NCBI GenBank assembly: GCA_003144275.1
Contig: NJBF01000017.1
Span: forward strand, 30,001-62,000
Direction of reading: 5' to 3'
Length of the DNA: 32,000 bases
Source of the DNA: Candidatus Heimdallarchaeota archaeon B3_Heim
Lineage (GTDB): Archaea; Asgardarchaeota; Heimdallarchaeia; Hodarchaeales; Hodarchaeaceae
The notes under the pieces were generated by a model. The model worked only from the letters and a program-made list of their open reading frames with translations. It had not been told where the DNA came from and did no database searches. This document shows, one piece after another, positions 9,337 through 17,691 of the stretch. Each line of letters opens with the position of its first letter. Within the stretch, counting starts at the first letter, position 1. The translations under genes and the position numbers were made by a program.

Positions 9337-9381
9337 AATATATCAATATATAATTTAGCCTTCATTTGCGGAGTAAGATTT

Positions 9382-11121
9382 ATGGTTAATTTCCAGAAGA
9401 GCATTGAAACCTTGTTAGGTTCTACAGCTGGATTTATGTTAAATATATCTGTACGTAATCTTTCACGCCAGCGCAGAAATACGATTCTTACAATACTAAC
9501 GATATTTGTAGCTATGTTTAGTTTCTTGCTTTCTGTTTCAATTGTATCTAGTGCTTCAATTAGTGTTTCCGAGTACACATACACAAGTTCTGGAGAAGGT
9601 ATGGTAATTCATGATTATGGCCATTTCTTTAATCAGGACGATGTTGATCAATTGAAGACAATCACGAGTATAACCTCCAGTATTCCTCGCATTCGCTTAA
9701 TGGGACGTTTAAGCTACAACCAGTTAATTATAAAAAACAGCTCAGATATCCTACGCTCCATCTTATTTCCTTTTGCGAGTAATTTTACATTAGAAAATGA
9801 AATCTCGAACCTTTCCCATGTCTTAAGTGTGGGAGAATTACCTCAAACTGAGGATGACATCTGTATTTCTGATGACTTAGCTAATGATCTACAACTACAA
9901 ATAGGGGATCAGGTTACCATTCAAACAGATTTTTATAATATATCAGGGATTATTGATGCTTCTATTCTTTACACATTCACTGATTTCACTGGAAATTGGA
10001 TTCTTCCTGAAGATGTTGAGTCGGGGACCCATCAACCAATTCCGAGCGCTAACGTGGCATTCATGTCTTTCCAGTCACTTTGGCGATTATTACCCGCAAT
10101 AAATGAAGGTTTCATTACTGACAATGCCTATAACGAAATTCAAGTAAGCTATGAATCTGATACAGAACATTTTGAGTTAATCCAACAATTACTTCCGATC
10201 AAAGTTGGTCAGACTAGAGAAATTACAGTAATAGATGGTTTTGAGCGACGGAAGTATTCCGTTGATACACAGATTTCTGTAAGAGGATTCACCTTTATGA
10301 TCTTTGTATTAATCATCGCTGGTTTAATAATTTTAAATACCCTACTTGGGGCGATTTCTGCACGTATGAAAGATATTGAAGTTTGGTCTAGCGTAGGTGC
10401 TAATCCTAGTCATATTAAATATAATTTCATGTTTGAAAGTATGATTTTTGGTGCTATTGGTGGAACTTTGGGATATATTGGTGCAATTTTATTTTCTCTT
10501 ACAGGTATTGTCCTTGGTTTTCAAACCAGTATTACTCCCGAAAAATATGATTTTAACTGGTTATTCCTAACAATCTTAATAGCAGTCATATTAAGTGTAC
10601 TCTCCGCAATCTATCCTTCACGGAAAGCTTCAACCGCTGTCGTTCCAAGTCTGAAAAGATCTTGGAAACCTGGACTCGGGGAAATGTTGACTCAACAATA
10701 CACATTTGACGAAGAAGAAATCCCCATTACGCTTGAACCACAAGATTTTGATGATTATGCTAGCTACATTCAAACTAGAATAGATGTACCCACGTTTTTC
10801 AAGGTTAAACGTAAATGGCCTGTACAAACTCAGAGTATTGAGGGTGATAGGATAAAAAGATCTTTTAAATTAGATGTTGCAGTTTTTTCTGCAGAGGGAA
10901 CTTATGCACTAATATCAATGTGGAGTATTGAAGAACCTAATGTTCAAACAATGAAAGTTTTTGCACAAGTTAATCCATATTCATCTTTTGGTGAAAGTTC
11001 GGGTTGGGCACAAAGTAGTACTAATTTCAACAAAGCTTCATTTGATGTTCTAAACATGATTAGACAACTGTCACTCAAATGGCGTGTTGAAGGTAGAAAA
11101 TTCGTTATTAAACGTGATTGA
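9382..11121 (+). CDS. Large FtsX/MacB-type ABC permease with extracytoplasmic domain and C-terminal soluble extension
   Basis: VRNLSRQRRNTILT before TM1, ~260-aa loop, then ISARMKDIEVWSSVGANP...FMFESMIFG, IYPSRKAS. The start could also be ATG 9436. Confidence 0.85.
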   Translation: MVNFQKSIETLLGSTAGFMLNISVRNLSRQRRNTILTILTIFVAMFSFLLSVSIVSSASISVSEYTYTSSGEGMVIHDYGHFFNQDDVDQLKTITSITSSIPRIRLMGRLSYNQLIIKNSSDILRSILFPFASNFTLENEISNLSHVLSVGELPQTEDDICISDDLANDLQLQIGDQVTIQTDFYNISGIIDASILYTFTDFTGNWILPEDVESGTHQPIPSANVAFMSFQSLWRLLPAINEGFITDNAYNEIQVSYESDTEHFELIQQLLPIKVGQTREITVIDGFERRKYSVDTQISVRGFTFMIFVLIIAGLIILNTLLGAISARMKDIEVWSSVGANPSHIKYNFMFESMIFGAIGGTLGYIGAILFSLTGIVLGFQTSITPEKYDFNWLFLTILIAVILSVLSAIYPSRKASTAVVPSLKRSWKPGLGEMLTQQYTFDEEEIPITLEPQDFDDYASYIQTRIDVPTFFKVKRKWPVQTQSIEGDRIKRSFKLDVAVFSAEGTYALISMWSIEEPNVQTMKVFAQVNPYSSFGESSGWAQSSTNFNKASFDVLNMIRQLSLKWRVEGRKFVIKRD

Positions 11122-11155
11122 ATAATAATTCCCCCCTAACAGAGAGAAATAACCA

Positions 11156-12610
11156 ATGGAAGTTACAAATGATTACATAGAATTTATGGATTATGCAATT
11201 ACTGCATTGAATCAGAGAAATGTCTATTATGGAGATATTAGATATACCAAACAACTCGAATTGAAATTGATTGCTCGGGATTCAAAAATTGCGGAAATTA
11301 TACGAAGCGTTGAAACTGGGATTGGTATTCGAGTTCAATCAGAGAAGGGAGCACCACTCGCGTTTGTATCTACGAGCAATATTTCCAAAGGGAGTCTTAG
11401 TGAAATCATTGAGGAAGCTAACCAAAGTAGTCGTACTCTCGCGAGTCTCTCTTCCAATGATGAAGTCCATTTTGCAGGGCAACCAATAGAAACCCAACAT
11501 CTAGTTCATACATCAAAAGATTCAATATTCTCAACAGACTTGAAAGACGTTAAGGATTATGCCCTAGCTCATGTAGATGAAATAAAGCAAGAGGATGTTT
11601 CTTCTGCAAGCTGTGGTTTGGCAGGAACAATTCAATATAAACATATAATAACAACGGAGGGTTCTGATGTAACATTCATCGTTGATGGGGTTGGTTATAA
11701 GGGGGATGCGACAATGAGGAAGATGGGAAAATTCCAGACTTATGCTGATCGTAAGGGAGGTACCTTTGGTATCCGAGATCTGTACGCACTCTTAGAAAAA
11801 GGTAACTTGGCAGAAGAAATAGGAAAAACAGTTAGTATGATGATAGAGGGTAAATCTATCAATTCAGGTCGATATGACGTTATCATAGATCCCGCTTTTG
11901 CAGGACTTCTCGCACATGAATCTTTTGGCCACATGACTGAAGCGGATGCTATCACAACACGTGCATCAGCGCTTACTGACAGATTAGGAGAGCGTTTAGC
12001 TCCTGATTTTGTTTCTATAATAGATGATCCAACCCTTCAGCATGGAGCATGGAATCTTCTTGATGATGAAGGTGTTATTGGTAAACAAAATATCATTCTC
12101 AACAAGGGGATTTTAGAAAGTTTTATGTCTGATCGAAAAAACGCATACAAACTTGGATCGGTAAGTACTGGAAGTAGTCGGGCTTCAGATTATGGTTATC
12201 CGCCCATTGTTCGGATGAGTAATACTTCCTTCCTCCCACATGACCATTCTTTTGATGAAATGGTGGAAGATGTTAAAAATGGACTGTTTTTGAAGGGACA
12301 TGCAGGAGGAGAATCAGGAACTACTGGTAAGTTCTCATTTCGGAGTCAAGTTGGATATCTAATTGAGAAAGGAGAGCTAACAGATATTATTTCGAGTGTT
12401 ACACTCAATGGAAATATTCTAGATTACCTAAAGAAGATAGATGCTGTGGGTCGTGATTTCAGTTTAGAGGTAGACTGTGGTTTTGGAGGATGTGGAAAGG
12501 GGGGTCAAAGGGCACTTGTTGGATTAGGGGGAACATATATACGATTTAGGGACATTTCGGTTACCTCAATAGCACAACCTAGGATGCCCATGATGGGGAT
12601 GATGAAATGA
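11156..12610 (+). CDS. tldD: TldD metalloprotease catalytic subunit
   Basis: YGDIR, GIGIRV, canonical AHESFGHMTEAD (HExxGH), DDEG, PIVRMSNT, C-terminal GGCGKGGQ. Confidence 0.93.
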   Translation: MEVTNDYIEFMDYAITALNQRNVYYGDIRYTKQLELKLIARDSKIAEIIRSVETGIGIRVQSEKGAPLAFVSTSNISKGSLSEIIEEANQSSRTLASLSSNDEVHFAGQPIETQHLVHTSKDSIFSTDLKDVKDYALAHVDEIKQEDVSSASCGLAGTIQYKHIITTEGSDVTFIVDGVGYKGDATMRKMGKFQTYADRKGGTFGIRDLYALLEKGNLAEEIGKTVSMMIEGKSINSGRYDVIIDPAFAGLLAHESFGHMTEADAITTRASALTDRLGERLAPDFVSIIDDPTLQHGAWNLLDDEGVIGKQNIILNKGILESFMSDRKNAYKLGSVSTGSSRASDYGYPPIVRMSNTSFLPHDHSFDEMVEDVKNGLFLKGHAGGESGTTGKFSFRSQVGYLIEKGELTDIISSVTLNGNILDYLKKIDAVGRDFSLEVDCGFGGCGKGGQRALVGLGGTYIRFRDISVTSIAQPRMPMMGMMK

Positions 12611-14019
12611 GTGATTATGAACAACTACCGAATATTACTGAAAAGCTTGTACGCTATGGATTAGCTAATGGTGCAGAAGAAACTGAAATATTTTGTGTAA
12701 AAGAAAAACGGATATCTATCAGTCACGATGGGGAAGCCATTGACACTAACTCGAGTGTAACTGCAGGTATTGGAGTAAGAGTTGCCATTGGAAAAAAATG
12801 GGCTTTTACTTCTTCATCTTCTCTTGATTTACAAAATGCTGGAACAGAAATCCTGGAGGCGATTAGGATTGCAAGAATACGTGAAGATGATCCTGACTTT
12901 TCTGGATTTCCTTTAGAGGGTCATATTCCAGCATTCAAGACAAGATTAGATGATTTGAAAAATATTCAGATTGAAGAAATAATTTCTTCACTTGTTGACG
13001 CACGAAGGAGTGCACTTGATCTTGATAAAAACCTCAGTAATGTTCAAGGTAGCTTTCAAGTCAAATTTGGCAAACGTGCAATATCTAATTCTTCAGGCTT
13101 AAATTATTCTTATAATCGTGGAAGCTATACTACTAGTTTTTCTGCTGTGGGTTCCTATGGAGAAAATCGGTTCTCTGAAAATTCATTTACAGGTGGAACG
13201 AAACTCTCCTATGATTTTGAAAATCTGGCTTTAGATGCTGCTCAGAGAACAGTAGACATGTTTCAACAGAGTACACCAGTGCAGGGAGGAAACATGGATG
13301 TTATTATGGAACCCTTTGCTGCTGCTATCTTTTTTATTGGTATAAGCAGAGTAATCTTCAAGGGAAATTTAGCATTAACTAATCGAAGTATTTTGACATT
13401 AAATGACTTAGGAACTCAGGTCGGATCAAAAGCTCTAACACTCATTGACGACGGTCTTCTGGATGGAGGAATTAAAGCCGCCCCAGTAGATGATGAAGGT
13501 ACACCTAGTTCCACTACCCCAATAATTAAAAACGGAATTCTCACGAATTTTCTTTTTGATTATTCGAGTGCTAAGAAAGCTAGTGTAGAACCCACGGGTA
13601 ATGCTTTACGAGGAATTGGCCATAGTGCAAGATCATATACCTCTCTCCCTACGATTGGAGCACGTGATAGAGTGATCGGTGAAGGGGAGAAAACCCAAGC
13701 TGAGTTAATCTCTCAAACTGATAATGGAATTTTGATTGGTTATCCAGCTGGTATCTTTCTTGGGAATCCAATGACAACTGATTTCACAATATTTCCAACT
13801 CGTGTTCTCAGGATTAAAAATGGAGAAATAATTAGTCCAGTTATTGGAGTTTCCATGGCTGGAAATGGATTGCAATGGTTAAAGAAAATCATCTCCGTAG
13901 GCAATGATTCTAAGATGATGGAATCCGTAGTATCCCCTTCTGTAGTTTTCTCTGATATAGCTGTTAATTCTAGTAAACCAAAGAAAACAGGTATGAAAAT
14001 GCCTCCAATGATGGGATAA
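12607..14019 (+). CDS. pmbA: PmbA/TldE subunit
   Basis: GIGVRV, PVDDEGTPS, KNGILTNFL, TGNALRG, IKNGEIISPV; no HExxGH; ATGA overlap with tldD. Confidence 0.9.
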   Translation: MSDYEQLPNITEKLVRYGLANGAEETEIFCVKEKRISISHDGEAIDTNSSVTAGIGVRVAIGKKWAFTSSSSLDLQNAGTEILEAIRIARIREDDPDFSGFPLEGHIPAFKTRLDDLKNIQIEEIISSLVDARRSALDLDKNLSNVQGSFQVKFGKRAISNSSGLNYSYNRGSYTTSFSAVGSYGENRFSENSFTGGTKLSYDFENLALDAAQRTVDMFQQSTPVQGGNMDVIMEPFAAAIFFIGISRVIFKGNLALTNRSILTLNDLGTQVGSKALTLIDDGLLDGGIKAAPVDDEGTPSSTTPIIKNGILTNFLFDYSSAKKASVEPTGNALRGIGHSARSYTSLPTIGARDRVIGEGEKTQAELISQTDNGILIGYPAGIFLGNPMTTDFTIFPTRVLRIKNGEIISPVIGVSMAGNGLQWLKKIISVGNDSKMMESVVSPSVVFSDIAVNSSKPKKTGMKMPPMMG

Positions 14020-14049
14020 AGACTGTTCAAAGGATCTTTGTGAACCGCA

Positions 14050-15270
14050 ATGACAAATATTATAAAAGGTGTGATAAGTGAAATTTGGTCATCAAAACAA
14101 ATCCTTTCACCAATCATTCATTTATGTGACCAAATCGGCCCTCGACCATCAGGTTCAGATGCAGCCGGTCAAGCTGCTGACTTCATTCAAACAGAATTTG
14201 AAATTGGTAATCTAACAACGTCCACTCATGAATTTACTCACAATTCTTGGTCACCAGAAGAATTTTCTTTTGCTATTGAAAACCAAACATTCCCTGCAAT
14301 ACCATTCAATCTTTCAGGTAATGGTCAGCTGTCAGGTGATTGTTATTACATTGCAAATCCCTCTAAAAAAGCTTTTGAACATGCTCGATTTGACGGGAAA
14401 ATTCTTCTTGCCGAATCATCCCATGGAATGGGAATGCATAGAACAGAAATTCTTAAAAAAGCTGTCGAAGGTGGTGCAATCGCGTATATTCAAGTTGCTA
14501 AAACTCCTGGTGGTATAGTCGAAAAAGGAATTATATCGACCAAGGGAATAGCTGAAATTCCTGCAGTTTGTATTTCTTATGAAGCAGGGCATTTTTTGAG
14601 AAGAAAGTCCCAACAAGCTGGAGTTACGGTTACAATTAAGGTAAAAGGAAAAGTTGGGTTAGCCATTGGAAAGAATGTCATAGGAAATATTAATACTGGA
14701 TCAGATGAGACAATTATCCTAGGAGCTCATTATGATACTTGGGAAAATAGTCCTGGCGCATTTGACAATGGGACTGGTATAGCAACCTTACTCAAACTCG
14801 CTGAAGTATACTCACAACTAGAGCAACTCAATGTTAATCTTCAGTTTATCGCGTTCAGTGCAGAGGAATTAGGATTCAAAGGATCGACGGCTTACAAAGA
14901 GGAGGCTGTTGAGTCAAGAGAAGTTTCAGTTCCTCTTATGGTTAATTTTGATTGTACAGCTTATCCGAGAGGACAGAGAACTATTTCTGTTTCCAATTCC
15001 AACGCAATTTATGATACTTTAGGTCATCTACTCGAGAGTTTTAATTTTGATTCCACTATCAACAATCGTCCCCCATTTGGAACAGATGGTTTTCCTTTTT
15101 ATCTATCGAAAATTCCAGTCGTAAGTTTAGAACAAATTGATAAGACAAAACCATCGTATATGCATACAGCCTTTGATACCCCGGAGAAATTGACGGAAGA
15201 TTCGTTGAAAAATTCAACTGCAATTGCAGGAGCAGTATTAGGGGAGATTATTCGACAAAAATATACCTGA
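14050..15270 (+). CDS. M28-family Zn peptidase with PA-type insert, no signal peptide
   Basis: GPRPSGS, GAHYDTW, GAFDNGTG, FSAEELG, NFDC, YMHTAFDT give the co-catalytic metal ligand set. Confidence 0.9.
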   Translation: MTNIIKGVISEIWSSKQILSPIIHLCDQIGPRPSGSDAAGQAADFIQTEFEIGNLTTSTHEFTHNSWSPEEFSFAIENQTFPAIPFNLSGNGQLSGDCYYIANPSKKAFEHARFDGKILLAESSHGMGMHRTEILKKAVEGGAIAYIQVAKTPGGIVEKGIISTKGIAEIPAVCISYEAGHFLRRKSQQAGVTVTIKVKGKVGLAIGKNVIGNINTGSDETIILGAHYDTWENSPGAFDNGTGIATLLKLAEVYSQLEQLNVNLQFIAFSAEELGFKGSTAYKEEAVESREVSVPLMVNFDCTAYPRGQRTISVSNSNAIYDTLGHLLESFNFDSTINNRPPFGTDGFPFYLSKIPVVSLEQIDKTKPSYMHTAFDTPEKLTEDSLKNSTAIAGAVLGEIIRQKYT

Positions 15271-15285
15271 AAAGAGTGAAGTGAA

Positions 15286-16515
15286 ATGAGAGATAACATA
15301 GGTGATGTTATTGGAAGCATTTGGAGTTCTACAGATGTGTCACAAAATTTGAATTATATTTGTGATACAATTGGTTCTCGTCCTGCTGGAAGTGAGTCAG
15401 CTCATCTAGCTGGTGAGTACATCAAGAAAAAACTTGAGGAATATGGGTTAGAAACTCATACACACCGTTTTGAACATCCTTGTTGGGAGAAAGAAATAAC
15501 AGAGTTCTTTCTAGATAAGAAATCGTTAGCTGCTATTCCATTTCATTTTTCTAAATCTGAAGACCTTTCAGGTGAGTGTTATATCCTTGATAATCCCTCT
15601 GAAAAATCCTTCGAACGTGCAAGCTTCCAAGGAAAGATTCTTCTTGCAACACCTACTAAACAGCGTCATGGGGGTATGAATAGGAAGGACATGTTCAAAA
15701 AAGCTGTTGAAGGAGGAGCAATTGGTTTCATTCAAATGTCAAGTATATTAGGAGGAGTTTTGGAGACAGGTAGTATAGGAAATGATTTCACTGAAATACC
15801 AGCTTTATCCTGTTCATATGAAACAGGAAAATTAATAGAAAGGATGCAGAAACGGGGAAAAGGTGCTATTACTCTTTCAATAAAAGGAAAAAAGGTAAAT
15901 AAGTCATCTTATAATATAATTGGAGATTTATATGGTAAATCTGATAATATGGTGGTATCTGGTGCTCACTATGATACATGGGATATAGGTCCAGGAGCTT
16001 TTGATAATGGTACAGGTATTTCTACTGTCTTAGGATTAGCTGAAACGATCAGTAAATCACCTATTTTAGATAGTTTACCAAATTCTTTACGCTTTATTTT
16101 CTTTTCAGGGGAAGAACTAGGAATTCTTGGTTCTGAAGCTTATGCAAAGGATTACATTGATAGTGGTAAAACCCCTAATGTGTCCTTAATGTGCAATTAT
16201 GACTGTACAAATATTAAAGGAGGGGTAAGAGGTGCATTTACTTCCAACAGTATGCCAATGCACAATCATATTGTTGACTTTGTTGAATCGAGAGGATTTG
16301 ACATTAAAATGAGTTTACGCCCTCCTCATGGAACAGATGCGGTTCATTTTGCACACCGGAAAATCCCAACATTTGGTTTGGCTCAATTTACCGCTCCGAG
16401 CTATATGCATACAGCATTTGATACTCCAGATAAAGTAGACATTTCTGGCTTGAAAAATTCCACTGCTATCGCAGGAGCGATTTTAGTTGATCTTATTACA
16501 CAAGAGATAATCTAG
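15286..16515 (+). CDS. M28-family Zn peptidase, tandem paralogue, no signal peptide
   Basis: GSRPAGS, GAHYDTW, GAFDNGTG, FSGEELG, NYDC, YMHTAFDT. Confidence 0.9.
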   Translation: MRDNIGDVIGSIWSSTDVSQNLNYICDTIGSRPAGSESAHLAGEYIKKKLEEYGLETHTHRFEHPCWEKEITEFFLDKKSLAAIPFHFSKSEDLSGECYILDNPSEKSFERASFQGKILLATPTKQRHGGMNRKDMFKKAVEGGAIGFIQMSSILGGVLETGSIGNDFTEIPALSCSYETGKLIERMQKRGKGAITLSIKGKKVNKSSYNIIGDLYGKSDNMVVSGAHYDTWDIGPGAFDNGTGISTVLGLAETISKSPILDSLPNSLRFIFFSGEELGILGSEAYAKDYIDSGKTPNVSLMCNYDCTNIKGGVRGAFTSNSMPMHNHIVDFVESRGFDIKMSLRPPHGTDAVHFAHRKIPTFGLAQFTAPSYMHTAFDTPDKVDISGLKNSTAIAGAILVDLITQEII

Positions 16516-16581
16516 AAACACTAATCTTGTCTAGTACTAGCTGAATAGGTCTAATCCATAATTTGCACAAAATTACTTCGC

Positions 16582-17403
16582 TTATAGCTCTCTAATTAGC
16601 TCTAATAATTCATTTACTTCTTTCATGATTTGATTCATTTTCTCACTATTATTGGATATATCCTGTCCCGATTCGATCAGATAAGCAAATCCTGAAACCA
16701 TTTGTAATAATTGCCCTAAATCATGTGAATATTTGTCTTTCAGCTGGAATTTTTGAATGGCAACAATATTATATTCTAAATTTACAAATACGAATGGTAA
16801 AACAAAGGAAAGACTTATCCTTGTCAATAATTCTAATAGAATCGCAATATCATTTTCTAAAAACGTAAGAAGAGTGTTTGATAGAGCTATGACCAGTGTT
16901 ATGGCCATGAAAATCGGAGCATTATTTGCTATCCGTTTAAACACTTCCCACTTTTTGATGACCAGGGGTACCATAGAAAGGATTAGAGTAAAAATTATTG
17001 CTTGAATTAAATAGAACATTAATTCGAAGGAGAGAAAAAAACTGAACGTAGATGGAATAGCTACTATAATGAAGAGCAATCCGATTACTAGCCTCTCGTT
17101 AATTTTCATCACATAATTAAAGGCTACAACTGCAAAGAGGCAGACTGCAATCAACGTGAGGGTTTCAGCAAATAAGAAGATATTTGGGGAAAGGTCACTC
17201 AAAGAAATCTCTTTTAATTCATCTATTGAAGGTAAGAATACTTGAAGGAGGGGTGTTAGGGAAAACAGCACAAAAGCAATGGTTATTAGAATAAAACGCC
17301 TATTTCTATGGTTTAAAAAAAAATCTAGAAAAATAATTCCTCCTATGAATCTAATAAGTGCCAGAACTAATAGCATGAAGATATTTGTTTCAGGGGAAAT
17401 CAT
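16582..17403 (-). CDS. 7TM membrane protein ending in a His-kinase DHp (H-box) segment without ATPase domain
   Basis: Seven hydrophobic segments, then KDKYSHDLGQLLQMVSGFAYL and a second amphipathic helix, then stop. Confidence 0.7.
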   Translation of the reverse strand: MISPETNIFMLLVLALIRFIGGIIFLDFFLNHRNRRFILITIAFVLFSLTPLLQVFLPSIDELKEISLSDLSPNIFLFAETLTLIAVCLFAVVAFNYVMKINERLVIGLLFIIVAIPSTFSFFLSFELMFYLIQAIIFTLILSMVPLVIKKWEVFKRIANNAPIFMAITLVIALSNTLLTFLENDIAILLELLTRISLSFVLPFVFVNLEYNIVAIQKFQLKDKYSHDLGQLLQMVSGFAYLIESGQDISNNSEKMNQIMKEVNELLELIREL

Positions 17404-17490
17404 GAAAAATAGACCTAATCAACCAATTTCAGATCAATGTATATGAGTCTAAGTATCTAAAAATATTAATGTTTCTCAAAGGTGTTAGAG

Positions 17491-17597
17491 TCAGATACGT
17501 GAAGCTCTCCATTCTGAGTTCAACAGATTCATGATTACCGAATCAACATATTTACCTTCGTTAAAATAAGCTTCACGAAGGTTTCCACTCACTTTGA
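17491..17597 (-). pseudogene. 3' remnant of a RimJ/RimL GNAT acetyltransferase paralogue
   Basis: Translates KVSGNLREAYFNEGKYVDSVIMNLLNSEWRASRI*, 22/30 identical to the C-terminus of GNAT 20020..20565. It shares a 31-nt DNA block with one mismatch. The frame is open up to ATG 17670 (59 aa). Confidence 0.8.
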
Positions 17598-17691
17598 GGA
17601 TTAAATTTGGGTATATGAATTCGTATAAGGGAGTAACCCAGTTAAATGTAGATTGGATAGGCAAACTCATTACGTTGCTCTGAAACTTTCG

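Noticed and set aside
9306-9584. 92-aa minus-strand ORF overlapping the permease start
   Set aside because: Antisense shadow of a well-supported gene; no motifs.
2-16515. Calling the TldD/PmbA + ABC locus a RiPP (microcin B17-like) biosynthetic cluster
   Set aside because: No YcaO, radical SAM, LanB/M, PqqD/RRE or convincing precursor gene is in the window. Only the weak 46-aa ORF is a candidate.
16531-16540. Perfect 10-bp palindrome CTAGTACTAG between convergent genes
   Set aside because: Too short for a stable hairpin and has no clear T-tract; may be chance.
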